DNA of 64,000 nt from Coleofasciculus sp. B1-GNL1-01 (lineage in GTDB: Bacteria; Cyanobacteriota; Cyanobacteriia; Cyanobacteriales; Coleofasciculaceae): the NCBI GenBank assembly GCA_040220235.1, contig JAVJTO010000077.1; one strand, 5' to 3'. The notes beneath the pieces were generated by a model that worked only from the letters and a program-made list of their open reading frames with translations, was not told the DNA's origin and made no database searches. This document shows, piece by piece, positions 10,969 through 20,984 of this stretch. A program made the position numbers and the translations under genes. Each line of letters begins with the position of its first letter. Positions within the stretch are counted from its first letter, which is position 1.

Positions 10969-11140
10969 TCGTCTGGGAAATCTTTCAAGATTAACGTGCA
11001 GGAGAATGGCAGATGTTTAACTGCTGAGGGGTTTGGGGAGCGATAAGTCCCACGATTAGCGTTGGGATGCTTCGACAAGCTCAGCAACACCATGGATTCC
11101 CCAAGTCAATTGAGTGGGATTCAATATCCCCGAAATTGAC

Positions 11141-12459
11141 ATTTACCACTTCAATGATAATGTGGTAGAACCTACCTATGATTCTAAACCACACCTACCG
11201 CCTATATCCTGATAACCAACAAGCCCAACTTCTAGATGAGTGGTTGGAAACATTGCGGGTGTCCTACAACTATGCGTTGCGGGAAATCAAAGACTGGATT
11301 GCTTCTCGCAAGTGTCCAATGGATAGGTGTAGTTTGGAGTTTGAGTATATCATGAGTGCCGATTATCCCTTTCCTAGCTACCACCAACAACAAAACAATC
11401 TACCTAAAGCTAAGAAGGAATTTCCACGACTCAAATCTGTTCCCTCCCAAGTCTTGCAGACTAACATTAGAAGGTTACATGATGCTTGGGACTTCTTTAG
11501 GGAGAGGGGTTATGGATTCCCCCGCTTCAAGAAAGTGGGACAAATGAAGTCGATGTTATTCCCACAATTCAAGACCAACCCAGTTACAGGTTGGCACATC
11601 CAACTGCCCAAATTAGGGAAAGTGGAAATCAACTTGCATCGACCTATCCCTGACGGATTTGTGGTTAGGCAAGTACGGGTAGTCAAAAAGGCAATGGGAT
11701 GGTTTGCAGTAATTACTCTGTACTCAGATCTGGAAATTCCAGATCCTTCACCTCATGGTCACGCCATTGGGGTAGATGTGGGTTTGCTTTCCTATCTGGC
11801 GACCAGTGATGGATTTGTCGAACCTGGACGTAAATTCTTCAAAACCGAACAAAGGCGGCTGAAAGTGCTACAGCGTCGGTTAGCGAAGAAAAAAAAGCGT
11901 TCCAAGAATTACGAGAAAGCCAGGAAGAAGGTAGAGAAGCAGCACAATCACATCGCACTCCAGCGGAAGGATTACCAGTATAAACTTGCCCATAAGCTTT
12001 GTGACATGGCGGATACTATATTTGTTGAAGACATAGATTTCCGAATCATGGCAAAGGGTTTTCTGGGTAAGCAGACGATTGATGCTGGTTTTGGGCAGTT
12101 TCGCTCTATCCTTAAGTGGGTCGGTAAGAAGCGAGGAGTATTTGTGGGCGAAGTAGATTGCCGAGGTACTTCCCAGACTTGCCCGAATTGCCGAATCACG
12201 GTCAGGAAAGAACTCTCTGAGAGAATACATTCTTGTCCTGAATGCAAATACGAGGTAGATCGGGACATTGCTTCAGCTCAAGAAATCTGTAATCGAGGTA
12301 TAGAAACGTATCCAGGGACTCTGGAAAAGCAAGAAATTGGCTCTCAAGTTGAGGTGTCGGGGGCTATGTGCCTAGATAACTGGCGTAGGGGAGCAATGCC
12401 CAATCGTGAGGTTGGGAAGCCCACAGCCTAATCTCCGATTTGGTGTGGGAGGATGTCAC
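11141..12459 (+). mobile_element. IS200/IS605-family element carrying tnpB only (IS1341-type)
   Basis: Left-end hairpin TACCAC/GTGGTA after TTGAC, right-end hairpin CCCACA/TGTGGG followed by GGATGTCAC, and no tnpA. Ends are inferred. Confidence 0.75.
11178..12431 (+). CDS. tnpB: RNA-guided endonuclease TnpB
   Basis: N-terminal YRLYP HTH, GFPRFKK, RuvC GVDVG / FVED / DRD, and a CPNC..CPEC zinc finger. Confidence 0.95.
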   Translation: MILNHTYRLYPDNQQAQLLDEWLETLRVSYNYALREIKDWIASRKCPMDRCSLEFEYIMSADYPFPSYHQQQNNLPKAKKEFPRLKSVPSQVLQTNIRRLHDAWDFFRERGYGFPRFKKVGQMKSMLFPQFKTNPVTGWHIQLPKLGKVEINLHRPIPDGFVVRQVRVVKKAMGWFAVITLYSDLEIPDPSPHGHAIGVDVGLLSYLATSDGFVEPGRKFFKTEQRRLKVLQRRLAKKKKRSKNYEKARKKVEKQHNHIALQRKDYQYKLAHKLCDMADTIFVEDIDFRIMAKGFLGKQTIDAGFGQFRSILKWVGKKRGVFVGEVDCRGTSQTCPNCRITVRKELSERIHSCPECKYEVDRDIASAQEICNRGIETYPGTLEKQEIGSQVEVSGAMCLDNWRRGAMPNREVGKPTA

Positions 12460-12777
12460 GATTTACCGTTTTTTATGCCAATCCAGAACGGCAATGTTAC
12501 CATTTTTGCAGCCAAAAGCCAAAATATTTCGGTTTGTTATCATGAACGATTATCTCAGGCTTAATATTAAGATCTAAGGGAGAACCCGTCCACTGATTCA
12601 ACGCTGGGAGCAACGTCTACAGGGGTCAAGAATCGCCCAAACCGAATTGATCGCTAATCCTGACTTTGCCATAAATTTCTGTAATCATCTATAGAAGGTA
12701 TAGAACGTATCCCCCCTAAGGTTGCCTCCCACACAGCCATTCAGTATTTTTTTCTTGAGTGAGGAAGTGAAATCACA

Positions 12778-14700
12778 GTGTCGTCTAGTACCATCCAACA
12801 AAAACAACAAAGAGATAGTAAAAACGGATTGCCACCCGCTTTCCGATTCGTGCAAGGAGTCGCTCAGGTAACAGGCGGAACCATTCTCGGCATTACAATG
12901 CTAACTAGCTCGGTTGTGGCTGGTGGGCTGGTGGGCTTGGCGACAAGCTTCCGCAATCTTCCCGATGTGAGAGTCCTCAGGGGCTATGTTCCCACCGAAA
13001 CGACCTACGTCTACGATGTCAAGGGGAAGCACCTGGCTAGCCTGCATGGTGAAGCCAACCGAGAGGTGGTTAAGTTAGAAAACATTAACCCCAATCTCAA
13101 GCGAGCAGTGATTGCCATGGAAGATAGCCACTTCTATATCCACCATGGCGTTAACCCCAACAGTGTGGGTCGAGCCTTTTTAGCCAACTGGGAGAAGGGG
13201 GCTGTGGTTGAAGGCGGTTCTACCTTGACTATGCAGCTGGTGAAAAACTTGTTTCTGTCGCGGGAGAAAAAGTTCTCGCGTAAAATTGCCGAGGCAGTCA
13301 TGGCAATTCGGCTGGAGCAAATCTTCACCAAAGATCAGATATTGGAAATGTATCTGAATCAGATCTATTGGGGTCATAACAATTATGGCATTCAAACAGC
13401 CTCGGAGAGCTACTTTGCCAAGCCCGCCACCGACTTAACCTTGGCAGAATCAGCCATGCTGGCTGGATTGATTCAGTCTCCCGAAGAATATAGCCCTTTT
13501 GTCAACTATCCCTTAGCCAAACAGCGGCAAGCAATTGTCCTGGAACGGATGCGGGAACTGGGATGGATTACAACTCAAGAGAAAAAAGAGGCATTAGCTC
13601 AACCATTGGGCGTGGGTAAGCCCACTTCCTGGCAAACCAGCCAGCTTCCCTACATCACAGAAGCCGTTGTCGCGGAGTTGAATGAGCGATTTGGTCGCGA
13701 TGCGGTTCTCAAAGGCGGGATGCGCGTCCAAACCACGGTGGATTACAATTTCCAGCGCATGGCGGAAAACACCATCGCTCGCGCTCACCGGAACTTGCGC
13801 CGTCGAGGGCTATATGCTGACCAAGTCGCACTAGCAGCGGTTGATCCGCGCACCCATTATGTCAAAGCTTTGGTGGGGGGTATCGGTTACGAAAAGAGCC
13901 AGTTCAACCGAGCGATTCAATCCCGACGCCAACCTGGTTCAGCGTTTAAACCCTTTGTTTACTACACAGCTTTTGCCAGTGGTAAATATACGCCTTATTC
14001 TACGGTTATGGATACCCCAGTCAGTTACCGGGATGGGAGTGGTTGGTATTCGCCGAGAAACTATGGCGGCGGTTTCGGTGGGGCGATGAGTATTCGTAGT
14101 GCGTTGGTGCAGTCACGAAATGTGCCAGCGGTTAAGCTGGGCAGAGCCGTTGGTTTAGATAAAGTGATTGAAGTATGCCGCACCCTAGGGATAAAAAGCC
14201 CCATGGAACCCGTCACCTCCTTACCCCTGGGTGCGATTGGGGTGACACCGTTGGAAATGGCGGGGGCTTATGCCACGTTTGCTAATACAGGTTGGCATTC
14301 TGATCCGACGATCATTGTCCGGGTAACCGATAGTATGGGCAATGTGTTATTAGACAATACCCCGAAACCCCGTCTCGTGCTTGATCCCTGGGCAACGGCT
14401 TCACTGAATGCGGTTCTCCAAGGGGTGATTCAAGGTGGAACCGGAACCTCTGCTCAAATTGGACGCCCAGCGGCTGGAAAGACAGGAACAACCAGTTCAG
14501 AACGGGATGTCTGGTTCGTCGGATATGTGCCACAATTAGCGGCGGCGGTGTGGATTGGTAATGATAACTACAGACCGTTAGGCGGTGGGGCGACAGGGGG
14601 CGGATTTGCAGCACCGATTTGGCGAGACTTTATGAGTCAGGCGTTGAAGGGTGAGCAAGTGCGCTACTTTGAACCTGCGTCTAAGTATCCGCGTCCTTAG
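12778..14700 (+). CDS. Class A penicillin-binding protein (PBP1A family)
   Basis: Transglycosylase EDSHF..HHG and GGSTLTMQL motifs; transpeptidase SAFK, SRN and KTG motifs. Confidence 0.96.
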   Translation: MSSSTIQQKQQRDSKNGLPPAFRFVQGVAQVTGGTILGITMLTSSVVAGGLVGLATSFRNLPDVRVLRGYVPTETTYVYDVKGKHLASLHGEANREVVKLENINPNLKRAVIAMEDSHFYIHHGVNPNSVGRAFLANWEKGAVVEGGSTLTMQLVKNLFLSREKKFSRKIAEAVMAIRLEQIFTKDQILEMYLNQIYWGHNNYGIQTASESYFAKPATDLTLAESAMLAGLIQSPEEYSPFVNYPLAKQRQAIVLERMRELGWITTQEKKEALAQPLGVGKPTSWQTSQLPYITEAVVAELNERFGRDAVLKGGMRVQTTVDYNFQRMAENTIARAHRNLRRRGLYADQVALAAVDPRTHYVKALVGGIGYEKSQFNRAIQSRRQPGSAFKPFVYYTAFASGKYTPYSTVMDTPVSYRDGSGWYSPRNYGGGFGGAMSIRSALVQSRNVPAVKLGRAVGLDKVIEVCRTLGIKSPMEPVTSLPLGAIGVTPLEMAGAYATFANTGWHSDPTIIVRVTDSMGNVLLDNTPKPRLVLDPWATASLNAVLQGVIQGGTGTSAQIGRPAAGKTGTTSSERDVWFVGYVPQLAAAVWIGNDNYRPLGGGATGGGFAAPIWRDFMSQALKGEQVRYFEPASKYPRP

Positions 14701-14731
14701 TCATTTGTCATTGGTCATTTGTCCTTTGTCA
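14697..14731 (+). repeat. STRR heptamer array (TTNGTCM)x5
   Basis: ttagtca tttgtca ttggtca tttgtcc tttgtca. The first unit contains the PBP stop codon. Confidence 0.9.
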
Positions 14732-14896
14732 TCTGCCCTTAGAATTATTGGACTCCGTTGGGGCGGGTTTAGTAACATCTGGGTGAACATTAAATGTTAA
14801 TGGTAAAACCCGCCCCTACAACAGACATTCCACCGGAACGTCTCTACAACCCCATCTCCCTTGTAGGATCAAGGAAATCTCAGTAACAAATGTCCC

Positions 14897-17878
14897 ATGA
14901 CGCTAACACAGGTTTGGGGTGCTTTACTCATTTTTGTCCTCTGTCCCCTACTGGGTGGACTTCCCCTGATTTCCTGGATTACCTACCTATTCACTAAACG
15001 CCAACTCTCTCAAGTCGGTACAGGTAACGTATCTGTCTCCGCCGCGTTCTACCACGGTGGACGTTGGGTGGGTATCTTAGCCGTATTATCAGAAGCTTTG
15101 AAGGGAATGGCGGCTGTCTTGCTGGCGCGTTATTTCTTCCCCACAGAACCCGCCTGGGAAATCATTGCTCTGATTATGCTGGTAATGGGGCGCTACTGGA
15201 TGGGTAAAGGTGCTGGAACCACAAATGTGGTTTGGGGATTTGTGGTACATGACTGGCACGTCGCGTTGTTGGTCTTTTTAATTGGGGGGATTGGCTTTAC
15301 GATTATCCGCGATCGCACGACGGGACGCTATGGTGTTTTAGTCCTATTTCCCCTAATTCTGGCGCTGTTACATCCCCATGACTTCGCTAGAATTATCAGT
15401 GCGATCGCATTGGGTCTGATTATCGGTTGGATTTATCAGAAAATTCCCGATGACTTAGACCTTTCCCCAGACCAAGCTAAATCAGAATCTCAATCCGTGT
15501 TTCGTTTTTTCCGAGGCGATAAAGCTATTATTCCGTTGGAACGTGAACTTGATCCCCAACAGGTTGGCTCAAAAGCCGCTACCTTGTCCCAGCTTAAACG
15601 CTGGGGTTATGCTGTACCTCAAGGATGGGTCTTACCCCCAGGGGATGATATGGACCCTTTGGTTAAATATCTTCCGGTTTCCGAATCAGAACCCCTGGTT
15701 GTCCGTTCCTCGGCGATTGGAGAAGATGCGGAACTCTCGTCGGCGGCTGGACAATATCAAACGGTTTTACAGGTAACCAATCGTCCGGCTTTAAAAGACG
15801 CCATTACCCAAGTCCTCGCCTCCTATCATAATCCCGTCGCCACACAGTATCGCCGTAACCGAGATTTACCCGACACGGCGATGGCGGTCTTAATTCAAAA
15901 ACAAATCCCAGGCGTCTTTTCCGGTGTCGCCTTTAGTCGTGATCCGATGCAGCAGCAACAAGACACCGTAGTCATCGAAGGATTACCCGGAGATGCCTCC
16001 AAAATTGTATCCGGTCAAGTCACCCCAGAACAGTATCGGGTATTTTTCCAGGAATCTAAGCCTGTAGGGGAGGGTTTGACCGATAACGTTCCCGAACAAA
16101 CCGATAACTCGACGAGACCCGCCCCACTTGAGCAACAGGAGACTGGAGATAATCGTTCCCCATCGGTTGAAATTGAAGGAGAGGGAGATTTACCCCCAGC
16201 GTTAATCCAGGAGGTGGCTGTTTTAGCGCGAGACTTGGAAGACCGCTATCATGGGATTCCCCAAGATATTGAATGGACTTATGACGGTCAGCAGTTATGG
16301 TTACTGCAAACACGACCCATTACCAATCTACAACCCATCTGGACGCGCAAGATTGCCGCAGAGGTGATTCCCGGACTGATTCGACCCCTCACTTGGTCTA
16401 TTAATCGTCCCCTCACCTGTGGCGTTTGGGGAGAAATTTTTACCATCGTGTTAAAAGAACGATCGCAGGGATTGGATTTTAATCAAACTGCTACACTGCA
16501 TTATGCTCGCGCCTATTTTAATGCCACATTGTTAGGTGATATTTTCCGGCGCATGGGTTTACCGCCAGAAAGTTTGGAGTTTCTGACAAGGGGAGCGAAA
16601 TTTTCTAAACCGCCCCTGAAATCCACGCTGCGGAACCTCCCCGGATTATTGCGTCTGTTAGGTCGGGAATGGAATTTAGATAAGGATTTTGAGCAAGATT
16701 ATCAACACCATTTTGCTCCGGCTTTACGTCAACTGCAAGAGCAATCGGTTTCAGAATTATCAGATGCCGAAATTCTGGAACGAGTGAACCAGATATTATC
16801 GGAATTACAACGAGCCACGTATTATAGTATTCTCGCTCCTTTAAGCCTCTCCCTGCGACAAGCGTTGCTCAAGGTAAAGGATGAAGAATTAGATAGTAGC
16901 CAAACTCCAGAAATTGCCAGCTTGCGATCACTCGCCCAATTAGCCGACGATACGCGCCATTTATTAAGTCCAAAACAAATTAATTGTGATAATCACGCTT
17001 CTGTCTTTACCACCTTGTCAGAAATTCCCGATGCTCAAAGTGTTTTAGAACAATTCGACCAATTTCTGGCACAATATGGTTATCTCAGCGATGTCGCCAC
17101 AGATATTGCCGTTCCCAGATGGAAAGAAGATCCGCGACCGATACGACAACTCTTTGCCCAGTTTTTATGTGATCCTCCCCCAGCACCTAAACCGCCCAAG
17201 CGTCAGCGCTGGAAAGCGGAAGTGGTACAAGCGCGTTTGAATTTAAAAGGGCGAGTAACTGAAGTTTATTCCCAATTTTTAGCCGACTTGCGTTGGAGTT
17301 TTGTCGCTCTAGAAAAACGGTGGTTAGAATCCGGTTTACTCTCTGAAGCTGGGGATATTTTCTTCTTAGAATTTGCGGAGATTGAGCGTCTAATAGCGGA
17401 AACCGATCAAGTTTTGCGAGAGGAACTTCCCAGATTGATTCATTATCGCCGATCGCAGTTAGATGAACATCGTCAATTAGCTAGTGTCCCTCCCCTCGTC
17501 TATGGCAATCCTCCCGCCGTTTCCTTGCTGATGCAAACCCAATCCGAACCCGCTCAACAGCGTCTTGTGGGAATTGGCGCAAGTGCTGGACAAGTGGAAG
17601 GTTGGGTTAGGGTTTTAAGTAACCTACAATCGGTTCCAGACATTGACCGTCAAACGATACTGGTTGTCCCCTACACGGATTCCGGTTGGGCACCCTTATT
17701 AGCGCGTGCAGGCGGCTTAATTGCTGAGGTTGGCGGGCGGCTATCCCACGGCGCGATCGTGGCGCGGGAATATGGGATTCCAGCGGTGATGGATATTCAT
17801 AATGCGACTCAGATGTTCCGCAATGGTCAACGGGTAAGAATTGATGGGCGATCCGGAATTGTGGAGGTTTTGGAGTGA
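14897..17878 (+). CDS. PlsY-like membrane domain fused to PEP/pyruvate-binding ATP-grasp and phospho-His swivel domains
   Basis: N-terminal GTGNV and GKGAG with TM helices; GSKA, VRSSA..ED and DIEW..LLQTRPIT; C-terminal GGRLSHGAIVAREYGIP. Confidence 0.85.
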   Translation: MTLTQVWGALLIFVLCPLLGGLPLISWITYLFTKRQLSQVGTGNVSVSAAFYHGGRWVGILAVLSEALKGMAAVLLARYFFPTEPAWEIIALIMLVMGRYWMGKGAGTTNVVWGFVVHDWHVALLVFLIGGIGFTIIRDRTTGRYGVLVLFPLILALLHPHDFARIISAIALGLIIGWIYQKIPDDLDLSPDQAKSESQSVFRFFRGDKAIIPLERELDPQQVGSKAATLSQLKRWGYAVPQGWVLPPGDDMDPLVKYLPVSESEPLVVRSSAIGEDAELSSAAGQYQTVLQVTNRPALKDAITQVLASYHNPVATQYRRNRDLPDTAMAVLIQKQIPGVFSGVAFSRDPMQQQQDTVVIEGLPGDASKIVSGQVTPEQYRVFFQESKPVGEGLTDNVPEQTDNSTRPAPLEQQETGDNRSPSVEIEGEGDLPPALIQEVAVLARDLEDRYHGIPQDIEWTYDGQQLWLLQTRPITNLQPIWTRKIAAEVIPGLIRPLTWSINRPLTCGVWGEIFTIVLKERSQGLDFNQTATLHYARAYFNATLLGDIFRRMGLPPESLEFLTRGAKFSKPPLKSTLRNLPGLLRLLGREWNLDKDFEQDYQHHFAPALRQLQEQSVSELSDAEILERVNQILSELQRATYYSILAPLSLSLRQALLKVKDEELDSSQTPEIASLRSLAQLADDTRHLLSPKQINCDNHASVFTTLSEIPDAQSVLEQFDQFLAQYGYLSDVATDIAVPRWKEDPRPIRQLFAQFLCDPPPAPKPPKRQRWKAEVVQARLNLKGRVTEVYSQFLADLRWSFVALEKRWLESGLLSEAGDIFFLEFAEIERLIAETDQVLREELPRLIHYRRSQLDEHRQLASVPPLVYGNPPAVSLLMQTQSEPAQQRLVGIGASAGQVEGWVRVLSNLQSVPDIDRQTILVVPYTDSGWAPLLARAGGLIAEVGGRLSHGAIVAREYGIPAVMDIHNATQMFRNGQRVRIDGRSGIVEVLE

Positions 17879-17918
17879 GTAAAATTATCAATTAGATTGC
17901 ATGAAGATCAGGTGTTAA

Positions 17919-18701
17919 TTGAGTGTTGTCTTGTGCTATGAACGAAGAACGCCGCCAAATTTATATGGATTTGCTGTTGCAATTCAAAACCCCACGGATA
18001 ACCTACCGTACACCGACTTAGAAGTTGAAATGAGCCGCACATTCTTTTCCTCTACCCAAGTCTTAGCAAAAGAGGAAGCAACTGAATCTGCTCTTAAACT
18101 TAATCAAGAGTTACCATTAGCCCACTGTATTCACTTTTCTTGTCATGGCAAGTTTAACCTCCATTCACCCCTAGAATCATCCTTAATCTTAGCTAAAGAT
18201 GAACAACCAGAAGATGGACGACTCACGCTAGCAGAAATCTTTGGACTAACACTCAATCAATGCCGCCTTGTCACCCTCTCTGCTTGTGAAACAGGTTTGA
18301 CAGGACTCAATGATATAAGCGATGAATATATTAGTTTACCCAGTGGATTTCTCTACGCAGGTAGTCCTAGCGTTGTCAGTAGCCTTTGGAAAGTTCAAGA
18401 CTTTTCTACTGCCTTCTTGATGATCAAGTTCTATGAAAATTTAAGTAAATTGCCCAAATTAGAAGAAGGGACAATTGCCATTGCTCTGAACCAAGCTCAA
18501 AAATGGCTAAGAACTCTAACTAGCAATGAATTTGAAAAACTCTTAGATAAATACCATTCTCAAATTGAGCAAATCTTTGCCCAACTTCCCAAAAGCAAGT
18601 CTCGCATTTTCAAAGCATCCCTGAAGCAAGCGCGTAAGCGCCAACCCTACCCGTTTGCTAATCCCTATTATTGGGCTGCTTTTACGGCTATAGGCATCTA
18701 G
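17919..18701 (+). pseudogene. N-terminally truncated CHAT (caspase-like) domain ORF
   Basis: HFSCHG and LSACETG dyad and PYYWAAF tail. It lacks TPRs and the first CHAT strands, and has a weak TTG start. Confidence 0.6.
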
Positions 18702-18708
18702 AGTTCCA

Positions 18709-19347
18709 CTAGGAGACATTACAGAATTTTCTAATTCCAATCTTAAAAGCATAAATGACAACTGGAGTAGCTAACCCTGAGGGAATTAACGTCGTAGCAA
18801 GTAAAGCTTCCACCGAACCCGCTAGCAATCCTGCCATTATCTCATCTCTAAAATCTTCTTGACAAAGAATGGGACGGCATCGTTCAGATATTCCCTCTAA
18901 CCACTCTCTAGCACCCCGTTCAGGTTCTTGTCCTGCTTCTATGGCTAGCACCACAGCAGCATCTTCTAAATGTCCTTCACACGCCTCGATTTCGTCAAGT
19001 GCTGCGATTGCTTCTGGATAATCTCTCAATTGCTTACGAAAATTTTCAATTTCTTCTTGGGTAACGACAGTCATATCATTCTTCCCCGAATTAACTCTTT
19101 CTTGCTCTTTTTGTCTTTGTTTTTCGTGATCGCGTTCAGATCGTTTCCGAATGGCTTCCTCAGCTATCTGGATATTCTCTTCAATGGGTAAACCATCAGG
19201 AGTACACATTGGTCCATACCATGTCGCTTCTGAGTCGGGGGGATTACGACGACTAAACAGAGTACGAATTGCTTCATCATCATCTCGATGAGACAGAACG
19301 TATATTTTTAATTCGGCTGTACTCATCGCTTCAAAGTTCGGCTTCAT
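18709..19347 (-). CDS. DUF6887-like domain fused to a second conserved cyanobacterial domain
   Basis: The N-terminus PNFEAMSTAELKIYVLSHRDDDEA resembles DUF6887. The second module starts at internal ATG 19074 (MTVVTQEEIENFRKQL). Confidence 0.65.
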   Translation of the reverse strand: MKPNFEAMSTAELKIYVLSHRDDDEAIRTLFSRRNPPDSEATWYGPMCTPDGLPIEENIQIAEEAIRKRSERDHEKQRQKEQERVNSGKNDMTVVTQEEIENFRKQLRDYPEAIAALDEIEACEGHLEDAAVVLAIEAGQEPERGAREWLEGISERCRPILCQEDFRDEIMAGLLAGSVEALLATTLIPSGLATPVVIYAFKIGIRKFCNVS

Positions 19348-19522
19348 TCAAAAACCTCCATAATCCATTACGAGACACGATAATTTGTAGTTCTTCACCT
19401 GCGAAAATATAGACTTCTCCGGTTTGAGCATTAAAGCGGAATAGCTGAATGTCCCGATAATAGTTAGACAGCATCTGGCAGACACGCAAACAGGTTTGAG
19501 CTTGTTCGTTGGTTGGATTAAT
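19331..19522 (-). CDS. DUF6888-like small protein with ATT start (absent from the ORF track)
   Basis: Reads (I)NPTNEQAQTCLRVCQMLSNYYRDIQLFRFNAQTGEVYIFAGEELQIIVSRNGLWRFLNEAEL*. GAGGA lies 7 nt before ATT, and the ORF overlaps the start of the DUF6887-like gene. Confidence 0.7.
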   Translation of the reverse strand: MNPTNEQAQTCLRVCQMLSNYYRDIQLFRFNAQTGEVYIFAGEELQIIVSRNGLWRFLNEAEL

Positions 19523-19787
19523 ACTCTATTCCTCAATTGTGGCACGGATACTACAATACAGGTCTTGTGTATCTGAGCAAATATATTGGAGAGACACGGA
19601 AAAATCGTAGGTGCATGTCAACGAGAGTAGGTTGGGTTGAGGAACGTAGGCGGAGCCTTCTCGTACTCCGGAGGAGAACCCGAAGGGTAGAGTAACCCAA
19701 CAAGCGCAGGTTAGCATGAACATTACGTCAAACCTGACATGCTCCCAAAACCATCGGCTTTTGATGCTCCCGAAGCTGGAGGGGTGA

Positions 19788-19877
19788 TATCAAATCCTGT
19801 TGATTGCACACCAATGCAATCACGTCAGAATGAGGGTTTCAGCCATTTTTAGTGAGGTTATTTAACCGGATTTGATA
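19788..19877. mobile_element. MITE family 4, copy B
   Basis: TIRs TATCAAATCC / GGATTTGATA. The interior (GATTGC, AGGGTTTCAG.CATTTTTA) is shared with 5803-5893. Confidence 0.75.
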
Positions 19878-20426
19878 TGATTTGACTGTTCGATGAAACC
19901 GATGGTCTGGTAAGCGCACTCAAGCACAGCCGGGAAATAAATTTCCGGCTGAAAGCTAAAGTAAGCTAAAGCTTACAGGATTAAAGGCAAAAACCTGTTT
20001 AAAGGGATTTTAACTTTTAGCCCATTCGCGTGACACGAGGCTACTGACATGCCAAATATCGCTATTACGCCATCCTGAGACGAGAACTGACCGCGATGCT
20101 ATACTAACGCCAAGGTCAAATCTATTGGCGATCGCTAAATATCCTGCTCTGTTCCGGTAGTCGAACATTTACGCAAGGCTGTTTAGCGATGATATGTCTT
20201 TAATCCTGAGAATAACTCGAATTCTGCTTTCCACGACTTCCTCTATGGGAAAGCGAGAGGATCAATATATGGAATTTCCTGAAGCTCTGAGTATGATGGG
20301 GTAAATGTAGATGCACCCCAGATATATACACTAACCCAACTCGTCTAGGATGGGATGAGGGGTAATACCCCCACCCCCCTACAGAAAAATTCAGGTTCGT
20401 AATAAGCTGACAACTACCAGACTGCT

Positions 20427-20984
20427 ATGGCTCGCAAAAAAAAATCCGGCCGCAAAAAAAACAATATCGAATCTTTGACGTCGAATCTTCCTGAAACGTC
20501 AGAGACATCTGAATCCACGAAAACAGTTGAGGAATCAACCCAAGACAGCACTGAGGTTAATCCTCCTCAAACTGAGGAGTCAACCCAGAGTTCTACTCCC
20601 CCCAATCCTCCAGCAACAGAAGAAAAAGCCGAGTCAACTCAGAGTTCTACTCCCCCCAATCCTCCAACGGCTGAAAAGAAACCCTATCTAGCCATTAAAC
20701 CCAAACCCATCCCTGCCAAATCCGTTGAAAAGAAACCGCCACCCCCTCCAGTTACAGAAACGACAAATGAAGCTGGCGAACTGTTTCACAAAGGCGACTC
20801 GATTACAGTAAAAGCGCCTTGGGGAGGTAAGGCGACAGCAGAAATTGTAGACTTTTATCAAACCCACAGCGGCAAGATTTGGGCGCAATACAATCCCTTA
20901 GATTCTCAACCAAACTGGACTTGGTATAGCGGATGTATTCGTACCAATCTTTTGGAGAAAGCAACACAAACCGCTCAAGAATGA
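20427..20984 (+). CDS. Hypothetical protein with Pro/Thr/Glu-rich N-terminus and small beta-rich C-terminal domain
   Basis: 185-aa ORF with a duplicated ESTQSSTPPNPP segment. Confidence 0.7.
   Translation: MARKKKSGRKKNNIESLTSNLPETSETSESTKTVEESTQDSTEVNPPQTEESTQSSTPPNPPATEEKAESTQSSTPPNPPTAEKKPYLAIKPKPIPAKSVEKKPPPPPVTETTNEAGELFHKGDSITVKAPWGGKATAEIVDFYQTHSGKIWAQYNPLDSQPNWTWYSGCIRTNLLEKATQTAQE

Noticed and set aside
19348..19545. 65-aa ORF from the track
   Set aside because: Wrong frame. The overlapping ATT-initiated frame (19522-19331) has the SD and a family-like sequence.
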